Shown here piece by piece: positions 35,849-44,299 of a DNA stretch of 44,563 nucleotides (within the stretch, counting starts at the first letter, position 1; each line of letters begins with the position of its first letter). Origin of the DNA: Escherichia phage vB-Eco-KMB14. The stretch lies in sequence record OR424384.1, one strand, 5' to 3'. The notes beneath the pieces were generated by a model. That model did no database searches and was not told where the DNA came from. It worked only from the letters and a program-made list of their open reading frames with translations. The position numbers and the translations under genes are program-made.

Positions 35849-36131
35849 ACATGCAGCTACAGAGGATGAGGTTGGCATTCTGCATGGTGCTATTACCAAA
35901 ATCTTCAATAAAAAAGCACAGGCAATACTGGACACTATAGAAGAAGACCCTGATGCAGCATTACATTTAGTGTCTGGTAAGGATATTGGTGCGATGTGTA
36001 AGTGGGTTCTTGATAACGGCATTACCGCCACACCTGCTGCACAGCAGGAAGAGTCCAAGTTATCTAAGCGCCTCAAGGCTATCCGAGAGGCATCCAGTGG
36101 TAAGATAATTCAATTCACTAAGGAGGATTGA
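35832..36131 (+). CDS. Putative terminase small subunit (about 99 aa, GTG start)
   Basis: GTG at 35832 follows RBS ggaggga; lies directly upstream of and overlapping the large terminase. Confidence 0.5.
   Translation: MSVHNKHAATEDEVGILHGAITKIFNKKAQAILDTIEEDPDAALHLVSGKDIGAMCKWVLDNGITATPAAQQEESKLSKRLKAIREASSGKIIQFTKED
35923..35943 (+). promoter_or_regulatory. Phage-RNAP promoter-like sequence embedded in the small terminase gene (CAATACTGGACACTATAGAAG)
   Basis: Core conserved; the -17 to -13 region diverges. Confidence 0.35.
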
Positions 36132-38029
36132 TGGCTAAGGCAAGAGAATCACAAGCGGAGGCTCTTGCCAGATGGGAGATGCTACAGGAGTTACAGCAGG
36201 CCTTTCCTTACACAGCGGAAGGTTTGCTTCTCTTTGCAGATACAGTTATTCATAACTTAATTGCAGGCAACCCTCATCTGATTCGTATGCAGGCGGATAT
36301 CTTGAAGTTCCTATTTTACGGACACAAGTACCGCCTCATCGAAGCGCCTCGTGGTATCGCTAAGACAACACTATCAGCAATCTATACGGTATTCCGTATT
36401 ATTCATGAACCGCATAAGCGTATCATGGTTGTGTCCCAAAACGCCAAGCGAGCAGAGGAAATCGCAGGTTGGGTAGTTAAAATCTTCCGTGGCTTAGACT
36501 TTCTTGAGTTTATGCTGCCGGATATCTACGCTGGGGACCGTGCATCCGTTAAGGCGTTTGAGATTCATTACACCCTACGTGGTAGTGATAAGTCTCCTTC
36601 TGTATCCTGTTACTCAATCGAAGCAGGTATGCAGGGTGCTCGTGCTGATATTATTCTAGCGGATGACGTAGAGTCGATGCAGAATGCTCGTACGGCAGCG
36701 GGCCGTGCCTTGCTTGAGGAACTGACTAAGGAGTTTGAATCTATCAACCAGTTTGGGGATATCATTTACCTTGGTACACCTCAGAACGTAAACTCTATCT
36801 ACAACAACCTACCTGCTCGTGGTTACTCTGTTCGTATCTGGACTGCGCGTTACCCTTCAGTAGAGCAAGAGCAATGTTATGGCGACTTCCTTGCACCTAT
36901 GATTGTTCAAGATATGAAGGACAACCCAGCACTTCGCTCAGGGTACGGGTTGGATGGTAATAGTGGTGCACCTTGTGCCCCTGAAATGTATGATGATGAA
37001 GTCCTGATTGAGAAGGAAATCTCTCAGGGTGCTGCTAAGTTCCAGCTTCAGTTCATGCTTAACACTCGCATGATGGATGCTGACAGATACCCATTACGCC
37101 TGAACAATCTAATCTTCACCTCGTTTGGTACAGAGGAAGTCCCTGTGATGCCTACGTGGAGTAATGATTCCATAAACATCATTGGTGATGCACCTAAGTA
37201 TGGTAACAAGCCTACGGATTTCATGTACAGACCTGTAGCTCGCCCATACGAATGGGGTGCTGTCTCCCGCAAGATTATGTATATTGACCCTGCGGGTGGT
37301 GGTAAGAACGGAGATGAGACGGGTGTAGCCATCGTATTCCTGCACGGCACATTCATTTATGTGTATCAGTGCTTTGGTGTACCTGGCGGATACCGAGAGT
37401 CGTCCCTGAATCGCATTGTGCAGGCCGCAAAGCAGGCGGGTGTTAAAGAGGTATTCATTGAGAAGAACTTTGGTCATGGCGCGTTTGAGGCGGTAATTAA
37501 GCCGTACTTTGAACGAGAGTGGCCTGTAACTCTGGAAGAGGATTACGCCACCGGACAGAAAGAATTGCGTATCATTGAGACGCTGGAGCCGCTCATGGCA
37601 GCCCATAGGCTTATCTTCAATGCAGAGATGGTGAAGTCAGACTTTGAGTCGGTACAGCACTATCCGCTTGAACTACGCATGTCCTACAGTCTTTTCAATC
37701 AAATGTCGAACATAACGATTGAGAAGAACAGCCTCCGGCACGATGACCGCCTAGACGCCCTGTATGGCGCTATACGGCAATTAACTTCTCAGATAGACTA
37801 TGACGAGGTTACACGGATTAATCGCCTCAGAGCGCAGGAGATGCGAGATTACATCCATGCTATGAACACACCTCATCTACGCAGGGCAATGCTATATGGG
37901 GATTACGGTACTGAGCGAAGAGTGACCAACACTTCCGTAGCGATGCAGCAGCGAGTTTACGGGCAGAACTACCGAAATAAATCGGCAAGCAGAAATACAC
38001 TTTCTGCAAGGATTTCAAGGACTTATTAA
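36128..38029 (+). CDS. Terminase large subunit (633 aa)
   Basis: Walker A-like PRGIAKTT; size and position as T7 gp19; RBS aaggagg. Confidence 0.9.
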   Translation: MMAKARESQAEALARWEMLQELQQAFPYTAEGLLLFADTVIHNLIAGNPHLIRMQADILKFLFYGHKYRLIEAPRGIAKTTLSAIYTVFRIIHEPHKRIMVVSQNAKRAEEIAGWVVKIFRGLDFLEFMLPDIYAGDRASVKAFEIHYTLRGSDKSPSVSCYSIEAGMQGARADIILADDVESMQNARTAAGRALLEELTKEFESINQFGDIIYLGTPQNVNSIYNNLPARGYSVRIWTARYPSVEQEQCYGDFLAPMIVQDMKDNPALRSGYGLDGNSGAPCAPEMYDDEVLIEKEISQGAAKFQLQFMLNTRMMDADRYPLRLNNLIFTSFGTEEVPVMPTWSNDSINIIGDAPKYGNKPTDFMYRPVARPYEWGAVSRKIMYIDPAGGGKNGDETGVAIVFLHGTFIYVYQCFGVPGGYRESSLNRIVQAAKQAGVKEVFIEKNFGHGAFEAVIKPYFEREWPVTLEEDYATGQKELRIIETLEPLMAAHRLIFNAEMVKSDFESVQHYPLELRMSYSLFNQMSNITIEKNSLRHDDRLDALYGAIRQLTSQIDYDEVTRINRLRAQEMRDYIHAMNTPHLRRAMLYGDYGTERRVTNTSVAMQQRVYGQNYRNKSASRNTLSARISRTY

Positions 38030-38048
38030 TTACTGGACACTATAGAAG
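38028..38048 (+). promoter_or_regulatory. Phage-RNAP promoter after the terminase gene
   Basis: AATTACTGGACACTATAGAAG; its first 24 transcribed nt resemble the leader of the 12891 promoter. Confidence 0.7.
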
Positions 38049-38186
38049 GAAGGCCCAGATAATAAGAGAAAATAATAGGTAATATATAGGTTAACCTAGG
38101 TTATATAGATATGCCTTAGTATGGGTGTACTCCTGTACACCCTATTCATTACTACCTTACTATATTTACATAATAGGAGAGAGACA

Positions 38187-38465
38187 ATGGCTAATGATTA
38201 TAGTAGTCAACCATTAACAGGTAAGTCTAAGAGAAAGCAGGTACAACCTGTAAGTGAAGAACTAATGCTTCCGGTAATCAAAAAAGAGGAAGCTAGTAAG
38301 AAAAGCAATGTCATTAATGATGCCACCAAATCAGGTAAACAGAAAGGGGCCATGGTGTGCCTTGAAGTGGAAGGTGGTGTATTGAAGATTGCTATCGCGG
38401 TTGATGGCAAAGAAGATTCAGAGTGGAAGTTAGTAACAGTGGAACCAGCTGTTAACCCAGTTTAA
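38187..38465 (+). CDS. Small hypothetical protein, paralog 1 (92 aa)
   Basis: ATG at 38187 follows RBS aggaga; shares the SGKQKGAMVxLE block with the next ORF. Confidence 0.6.
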   Translation: MANDYSSQPLTGKSKRKQVQPVSEELMLPVIKKEEASKKSNVINDATKSGKQKGAMVCLEVEGGVLKIAIAVDGKEDSEWKLVTVEPAVNPV

Positions 38466-38483
38466 GATAAGGAGGAAGATTAC

Positions 38484-38777
38484 ATGGCTAAATATGGTAC
38501 TACAGGTTCTGTTACTGGTCAGGCTTTTCGAGTAAAAGCAGTACAAACTATTGCAACGGCAATCCCTATGCCTGTTGTTAAAGAAGCAGACCTTAAGAGT
38601 AAAGATCACCCTATCAACATCAAACACCTGTCAGGTAAGCAGAAAGGTGCAATGGTTGCTCTTGAGAAAGATGACACAACCATGCATATTGCTGTTGCAC
38701 GTGGCAGTGAACCAACAGACCCATGGGATGTAACTGGTATGGAAGGGGCAGCTGTCACTCCAGCAGGTGGAGAATAA
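38484..38777 (+). CDS. Small hypothetical protein, paralog 2 (97 aa)
   Basis: RBS aaggagg; shared block HLSGKQKGAMVALEKDD...IAVA. Confidence 0.65.
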   Translation: MAKYGTTGSVTGQAFRVKAVQTIATAIPMPVVKEADLKSKDHPINIKHLSGKQKGAMVALEKDDTTMHIAVARGSEPTDPWDVTGMEGAAVTPAGGE

Positions 38778-39121
38778 TGCTTAACAAATACTTCAAGCGC
38801 CGTGAGTTCGCTTGCCGTTGTGGGTGCGGTACATCCACTGTTGATGCTGAATTACTACAGGTAGTCACAGATGTGCGTGAGCACTTTGGCTCTCCTGTAG
38901 TTATCACTTCGGGGCATCGCTGTGCTAAGCACAATGCTAATGTAGGAGGAGCTAAGAACTCCATGCATCTTACTGGTAAGGCTGCTGACATTAAGGTGTC
39001 TGGTGTTGGCCCAATGGAGGTACGTGCATACCTCTGCAATAAATACCATGATAAGTACGGTATTGGTGCTTATCCTACTTTTACCCATATCGACGTTAGA
39101 GATAACAAAGCCAGATGGTAA
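38777..39121 (+). CDS. Endolysin, zinc peptidase M15 (L-Ala-D-Glu peptidase / D-Ala-D-Ala carboxypeptidase-like), 114 aa
   Basis: SGHRC...HN...S.H.TGKAAD signature of M15 peptidases; ATG at 38777 overlaps the upstream stop. Confidence 0.75.
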   Translation: MLNKYFKRREFACRCGCGTSTVDAELLQVVTDVREHFGSPVVITSGHRCAKHNANVGGAKNSMHLTGKAADIKVSGVGPMEVRAYLCNKYHDKYGIGAYPTFTHIDVRDNKARW

Positions 39122-39229
39122 GATGCATTGAATGGTGTGAACGCATGGTTGCTAAGGCTTCAGAGGAAGGTAACTATGAAGATTGGCAGAACTACTCAAC
39201 TTTATTAGCACAATGGAAAGGGAGGTGCA

Positions 39230-39379
39230 ATGAAAAAGCTGTTCAAATCTAAGAAGGTTGTAGGTGCACTAGTTGCATTGGCAATTGCTCTTGTTTCTGT
39301 AGGTCTTGGTGTAGACCTTGGCTCTGGCACGGAATCCTCTGTGACAGATGTGGTCTGCCAAGTGATCACCTGTGAATAA
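39230..39379 (+). CDS. Small membrane protein (49 aa), not in the ORF track; lysis-associated candidate
   Basis: Strong RBS gggagg; N-terminus MKKLFKSKKVVGALVALAIALVSVGLGV. Confidence 0.45.
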   Translation: MKKLFKSKKVVGALVALAIALVSVGLGVDLGSGTESSVTDVVCQVITCE

Positions 39380-39593
39380 GTTTCTAGAAGTTCTGGCAGG
39401 TCTTATTGGCCTGCTTGTCTCTGCTAAGAAGAAACAAGAAGAGAAGGAGGCACAAAGTGAAGCGAATCATGTTAGTGACAACCCTTCTGATTGGTTCGCT
39501 GACCACTTCCGGGTGTCAGCAGGCGTTACCAGAGAAAGCAATGGTGAAACCTCTGAGGCCGACGCTGACGGAAGTTTACGAGGTAGACGATAA
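39372..39593 (+). CDS. Possible i-spanin-like protein (73 aa, GTG start, N-terminal TM)
   Basis: N-terminal hydrophobic segment FLEVLAGLIGLLVSA; contains the lipoprotein ORF in another frame. Shorter than typical Rz proteins. Confidence 0.3.
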   Translation: MNKFLEVLAGLIGLLVSAKKKQEEKEAQSEANHVSDNPSDWFADHFRVSAGVTRESNGETSEADADGSLRGRR

Positions 39594-39666
39594 GGTCTGC
39601 TTTAGTAAGCCTGACGCTACAAAATTAGGTTTGTATATTCTTTCGCTGGAACGCGGATATAATTAA
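39457..39666 (+). CDS. Putative o-spanin lipoprotein (Rz1-like), 69 aa from GTG
   Basis: Perfect AGGAGG 6 nt before GTG 39457; signal MKRIMLVTTLLIGSLTTSGC with a lipobox-like TSGC; Pro-rich mature region. Confidence 0.5.
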   Translation: MKRIMLVTTLLIGSLTTSGCQQALPEKAMVKPLRPTLTEVYEVDDKVCFSKPDATKLGLYILSLERGYN

Positions 39667-39695
39667 TACATAGCTTTATGTATCAGTGTCTTACG

Positions 39696-39716
39696 ATTTA
39701 CTGGACACTATAGAAG
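39696..39716 (+). promoter_or_regulatory. Phage-RNAP promoter upstream of the tailspike genes
   Basis: Exact consensus ATTTACTGGACACTATAGAAG. Confidence 0.7.
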
Positions 39717-39797
39717 AGATAAGATAGCGCCGTTCTTTTGAGCGGCCTATTACTAGCCAATCTTCATAGGGAGGGTTGGAAAGTAATAGGAGATAGC

Positions 39798-41696
39798 ATG
39801 GCTAAATTAACCAAACCTAATACTGAAGGAATCTTGCATAAAGGACAATCGTTGTATGAGTACCTTGATGCGAGAGTTTTAACATCAAAGCCGTTTGGTG
39901 CTGCAGGTGACGCCACTACTGATGATACGGAGGTTATAGCTGCTTCATTAAACTCTCAGAAAGCTGTCACAGTCTCAGATGGTGTATTCTCTAGTTCTGG
40001 TATTAATAGTAATTACTGTAACTTAGACGGTAGGGGTAGTGGCGTGCTAAGTCACCGTTCCAGTACAGGTAACTACTTAGTATTTAACAATCTACGTGCA
40101 GGTCGCTTAAGTAATATTACGGTAGAAAGTAATAAGGCGACTGATACAACTCAGGGACAGCAGGTATCTCTTGCTGGTGGAAGTGATGTTACTGTAAGTG
40201 ACGTTAACTTCTCAAACGTTAAAGGTACTGGTTTCAGTTTAATCGCATACCCTAATGATGCGCCACCTGATGGACTTATGATTAAAGGCATTCGAGGTAG
40301 CTATTCCGGCTATGCTACTAATAAGGCAGCCGGGTGTGTACTTGCTGACTCCTCAGTTAACTCCCTCATAGATAACGTCATTGCTAAGAACTACCCTCAG
40401 TTCGGAGCAGTAGAGTTGAAAGGTACAGCCAGTTATAACATAGTCAGTAATGTTATAGGGGCAGATTGCCAGCATGTAACTTACAACGGCACTGAAGGGC
40501 CAATAGCTCCTTCTAATAACCTTATCAAGGGGGTGATAGCTAATAACCCTAAGTATGCAGCGGTTGTTGCAGGCAAAGGAAGTACGAACTTAATCTCAGA
40601 CGTGCTCGTAGATTACTCAACTTCTGATGCTAGGCAGGCTCATGGTGTTACCGTAGAGGGGTCTGATAACGTCATAAATAATGTGCTTATGTCAGGATGT
40701 GATGGTACTAACTCTTTAGGACAAGGGCAGACTGCTACAATTGCACGCTTTATAGGTACAGCTAATAACAACTATGCGTCTGTATTTCCTAGCTACAGTG
40801 CTACAGGTGTTATTACTTTCGAATCCGGCTCTACCCGTAACTTCGTAGAGGTAAAGCACCCTGGTAGGAGAAACGACATTCTCAGTTCTGCTAGTACTAT
40901 TGACGGTGCAGCTACTATTGACGGCACTAATAATAGTAACGTAGTGCACGCACCTGCCTTAGGGCAGTACATAGGTAGTATGTCAGGTAGGTTCGAATGG
41001 CGGATTAAGTCCATGTCACTCCCTTCAGGCGTTCTTACTTCTGCTGATAAGTACAGAATGCTTGGGGATGGTGCTGTGTCATTAGCTTTAGGTGGGGGAA
41101 CTTCTTCTCAAGTTCGCCTATTTACTTCTGATGGTACTTCTCGGACAGTGTCCCTCACCAACGGTAACGTGCGTCTTTCTACCAGTAGCACAGGCTTTTT
41201 GCAGTTAGGTGCTGATGCAATGACCCCAGATAGTACTGGTACATATGCATTAGGTTCCGCCAGACGGGTATGGTCTGGCGGTTTTACTCAAGCAGCATTC
41301 ACTGTTACCTCAGATGCTCGGTGTAAAACAGAACCTCTTACTATCTCAGATGCCTTACTGGATGCTTGGTCTGAAGTTGACTTTGTGCAGTTTCAGTATT
41401 TGGATCGTGTTGAGGAGAAGGGTGCAGACTCAGCTAGATGGCACTTCGGTATCATCGCTCAGCGAGCTAAGGAGGCTTTCGAACGTCACGGTATAGATGC
41501 ACATCGCTATGGCTTCTTGTGCTTCGACAGTTGGGATGATGTATACGAGGAAGATGCCACTGGCTCTCGTAAACTGATTACACCAGCAGGTTCCCGCTAC
41601 GGTATTCGTTACGAGGAAGTACTGATATTAGAGGCTGCGTTGATGCGGAGGACTATCAAGCGTATGCAGGAAGCACTAGCTTCCCTGCCTAAGTGA
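39798..41696 (+). CDS. Tailspike 1: beta-helix depolymerase-like protein with C-terminal intramolecular chaperone (peptidase S74-like) domain, 632 aa
   Basis: ATG at 39798 follows RBS aggaga. Gly/Ser/Thr/Asn-rich repetitive body; C-terminal SDARCKTE...HFGIIAQ...YEEVLILEAAL resembles the auto-cleaving chaperone domain of endosialidase/K5-lyase-type tailspikes. Confidence 0.8.
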   Translation: MAKLTKPNTEGILHKGQSLYEYLDARVLTSKPFGAAGDATTDDTEVIAASLNSQKAVTVSDGVFSSSGINSNYCNLDGRGSGVLSHRSSTGNYLVFNNLRAGRLSNITVESNKATDTTQGQQVSLAGGSDVTVSDVNFSNVKGTGFSLIAYPNDAPPDGLMIKGIRGSYSGYATNKAAGCVLADSSVNSLIDNVIAKNYPQFGAVELKGTASYNIVSNVIGADCQHVTYNGTEGPIAPSNNLIKGVIANNPKYAAVVAGKGSTNLISDVLVDYSTSDARQAHGVTVEGSDNVINNVLMSGCDGTNSLGQGQTATIARFIGTANNNYASVFPSYSATGVITFESGSTRNFVEVKHPGRRNDILSSASTIDGAATIDGTNNSNVVHAPALGQYIGSMSGRFEWRIKSMSLPSGVLTSADKYRMLGDGAVSLALGGGTSSQVRLFTSDGTSRTVSLTNGNVRLSTSSTGFLQLGADAMTPDSTGTYALGSARRVWSGGFTQAAFTVTSDARCKTEPLTISDALLDAWSEVDFVQFQYLDRVEEKGADSARWHFGIIAQRAKEAFERHGIDAHRYGFLCFDSWDDVYEEDATGSRKLITPAGSRYGIRYEEVLILEAALMRRTIKRMQEALASLPK

Positions 41697-41703
41697 GCGA
41701 CAG

Positions 41704-41726
41704 GCAGTGCGTAAGCACTGCTTTTC
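41704..41726 (+). terminator. Possible weak terminator hairpin between the two tailspike genes
   Basis: gcagtgc-gtaa-gcactgc followed by ttttc. Confidence 0.3.
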
Positions 41727-41781
41727 ACGCAACTTTTCTTAAAGGTTATCATGGTGGTAGCCTTTCAGAAAAGGAGGTTAC

Positions 41782-43965
41782 ATGCTTCAAAGATTAGGGG
41801 CAATGTTTGTTCGGTACAAAAATAAAGTAGGTAATGCTATCGAGCGTACACTACAAAGTAAATTACAGGATGTAGTCAGTGTAAAGGATTATGGTGCTAT
41901 TGGTGATGGAGTATATCGTTCACTTGGTGCTAAATTTACCACGTTAAGTATGGCACAAGTAGTATACCCGCATGCGGAAAGTTTAACTCAATCGCAAGAT
42001 TGGGCGGCTATTCAGGCTGCACTTAATTCTCACTCAAAAGTGTACATTCCAGCAGGTAAGTACATGCTATCTGATACCATTGAGATGCGCGGCGGTCAAA
42101 CTCTGCAAGGTGACGGTATTGATTCTTGGGTTGCAGGTTATGCTGGGTTTGTAAAAGATAATCAAGGCACTCACCTCATAATGGTGGGAGATGGAAATAA
42201 GAAGTATACATTAGATCATGTATCTAACTTCGATGTAGAAGGTGGTGTCATAGACAACCCAGCTAAGAGTGACGCTTATACTGCCACGGCACCTTCCCCT
42301 AATTACTCATTTACTAACTTCACTAATGCTAACGCCTCTGGTGCACAACGTGCTACATTGAAATCTTTCAGCGTAGCATTACGTTGCACAGGTCACGGTG
42401 GTGTTTACCTTCGTGACTTCCGTATTGTGCCTAATCACAGAGGGCAAGAAGGTTATAAGGATGAGTTGTCAACTGCATTAGGGGACGCATGGGATGTAGG
42501 TATTTGGCTGGAGAATACATCTGACTCAGTGTTATCTTCTGTGCAAGCAGTAGGTTACTGGCGCATTGCAGGTGTTATGAAGACTTGTATACCACAAGAG
42601 GGTTCCTTTGTTGGTGGAGAGCGTGATAGGATATACAATTGCACATTACAAGGTTATCGTGGCTTCTTAGCACGTTCGCATGATACTTACCAAGTAGAAG
42701 AAGTATCAGGTAACACTGTATCGATTAAGTGGTCTGCATCTCACACTTTCGAACCTTCTGGTAAAGTTCGTATCCAAGGGAAAGACCGTAGTTATACTAG
42801 CCTGTCTGTATCTGGTGACAAATTAGTTTTCAATGGTATTGACGATGTATCAGGTATTAATACCAATAGCTATGTGAGAGTTTCAGGGTCTTCATTCGGA
42901 ATGTCTGCTACTCAACTAAATAACACATACATCGCTGCATTAAACCATCATGCTCGCTTGCCAGCAACCTCTAATCTTTTAGATAATAGGTTTTCTACTT
43001 CGGCAGCTTGCTATGAAGTTGCAGGTGAACCAATTCGTGCCATAAAATTATCTAACTGCACTGTCATTACTTGGGATGACATCTTAGGTATGACTGGTGG
43101 TATTAGGGACTTCCAGACGACAGATACTTACTTCGAGTCTCAGCCTTTCCGTACTTCTGTGCAAGGCTTGGCAAGCACCACACAACCTGCTGGTTCTCGC
43201 ATGATTGCACTTCGTGGACGTCAAGGTTCTAAAACTACAGGCTATCAAGCTATCGGTTGTACTTATGGGCCGGGTGTAGACCTAAGCCCTCGTTATGAAA
43301 GCGATGTATCTCGTTACACAACTTCCGGTGGTATGTTCAATCCAAGAGAAGATTTGAACACAACTAAGCAGTTACCAATGAGGCAAGACGCTACTGAGCT
43401 ATCTTCTACTTCTGCCTTATTCCTTACACATGCTGTAGGTGGGAAGGCCTATGTTGGCGCTACCTCTGGTGATGCAACGCTTCAATCTAGAACTGGATCA
43501 TTGAATATCCAATCAGGACTTCGTGTACGCATTGGTGGCACTGATGGTAGTGGTTGGTACATTGCTGACAGTGCTAAGTTGACACCTACTGCTGACAATG
43601 CAAGGGCTTGTGGACAGCCTAATGGACGATGGACTGTTGTCTATGCTGTTAATGGTACAATCCAGACTTCTGATGGTAGATTCAAGGAAATCCTTGAGAT
43701 TGAACAGGCAGAACTTGATGCTGGTCTTGAATTATCAGCAAACCTAATTAAGTATCGGTGGAATGGGGAAGATAAAATTCACTTTGGTTGCATAGCACAA
43801 GAAGTGATGTTAATACTGGAGAAACATGGCCTAGACCCATTACAATATGATATGGTTCAGTATGATGAGGAGGCAGACATCTTTGGGGTAAACTATGCTG
43901 AACTCAACAGCTTCTGTATTGCAGCATTATCGAGGAAGCTAAATGCCATTAATCAGATCAGTTAA
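41782..43965 (+). CDS. Tailspike 2: pectate-lyase-fold depolymerase-like protein with C-terminal intramolecular chaperone domain, 727 aa
   Basis: Strong RBS aaggagg; N-terminal DYGAIGDG motif typical of pectate-lyase-type phage depolymerases; C-terminal SDGRFKE...HFGCIAQ...YAELNSFCIAAL is paralogous to the C-terminus of tailspike 1. Confidence 0.8.
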   Translation: MLQRLGAMFVRYKNKVGNAIERTLQSKLQDVVSVKDYGAIGDGVYRSLGAKFTTLSMAQVVYPHAESLTQSQDWAAIQAALNSHSKVYIPAGKYMLSDTIEMRGGQTLQGDGIDSWVAGYAGFVKDNQGTHLIMVGDGNKKYTLDHVSNFDVEGGVIDNPAKSDAYTATAPSPNYSFTNFTNANASGAQRATLKSFSVALRCTGHGGVYLRDFRIVPNHRGQEGYKDELSTALGDAWDVGIWLENTSDSVLSSVQAVGYWRIAGVMKTCIPQEGSFVGGERDRIYNCTLQGYRGFLARSHDTYQVEEVSGNTVSIKWSASHTFEPSGKVRIQGKDRSYTSLSVSGDKLVFNGIDDVSGINTNSYVRVSGSSFGMSATQLNNTYIAALNHHARLPATSNLLDNRFSTSAACYEVAGEPIRAIKLSNCTVITWDDILGMTGGIRDFQTTDTYFESQPFRTSVQGLASTTQPAGSRMIALRGRQGSKTTGYQAIGCTYGPGVDLSPRYESDVSRYTTSGGMFNPREDLNTTKQLPMRQDATELSSTSALFLTHAVGGKAYVGATSGDATLQSRTGSLNIQSGLRVRIGGTDGSGWYIADSAKLTPTADNARACGQPNGRWTVVYAVNGTIQTSDGRFKEILEIEQAELDAGLELSANLIKYRWNGEDKIHFGCIAQEVMLILEKHGLDPLQYDMVQYDEEADIFGVNYAELNSFCIAALSRKLNAINQIS

Positions 43966-44092
43966 GCAAAGTGCTGTACGCCAGAACACAGAAGAACTTA
44001 TTCAATCAGGACGTGACCCTAAGCAGGCTTATGCCATTGCCAAGGATGTTCAACGTCGTGCCATGAAGAAACCTTCTGCATCTTCTGCGTAA
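43943..44092 (+). CDS. Small basic hypothetical protein (49 aa), not in the ORF track
   Basis: ATG follows aggaag; overlaps the tailspike 2 stop. Confidence 0.3.
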   Translation: MPLIRSVKQSAVRQNTEELIQSGRDPKQAYAIAKDVQRRAMKKPSASSA

Positions 44093-44162
44093 GCAGGTTA
44101 ATATCTTAGTATAAACAAGGGCAGACTTAGGTTTGTCCTTAGTGTATTCCAAAGGAGGTAAC

Positions 44163-44291
44163 ATGCTGAAAGATGGTTGGGTTTCATATGACCCTACAGA
44201 CCCTAAGAATTGGCTACAGGTTATCGCTATAGCTTGTGCAGGTAGCCTATTGGCTGCCCTGATGTATTCATTATGGATGTACACAAAGTAA
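44163..44291 (+). CDS. Small membrane protein (42 aa), not in the ORF track
   Basis: Strong RBS aaggagg 6 nt upstream; hydrophobic segment LQVIAIACAGSLLAALMYSLW. Confidence 0.45.
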   Translation: MLKDGWVSYDPTDPKNWLQVIAIACAGSLLAALMYSLWMYTK

Positions 44292-44299
44292 CCAAAGTC

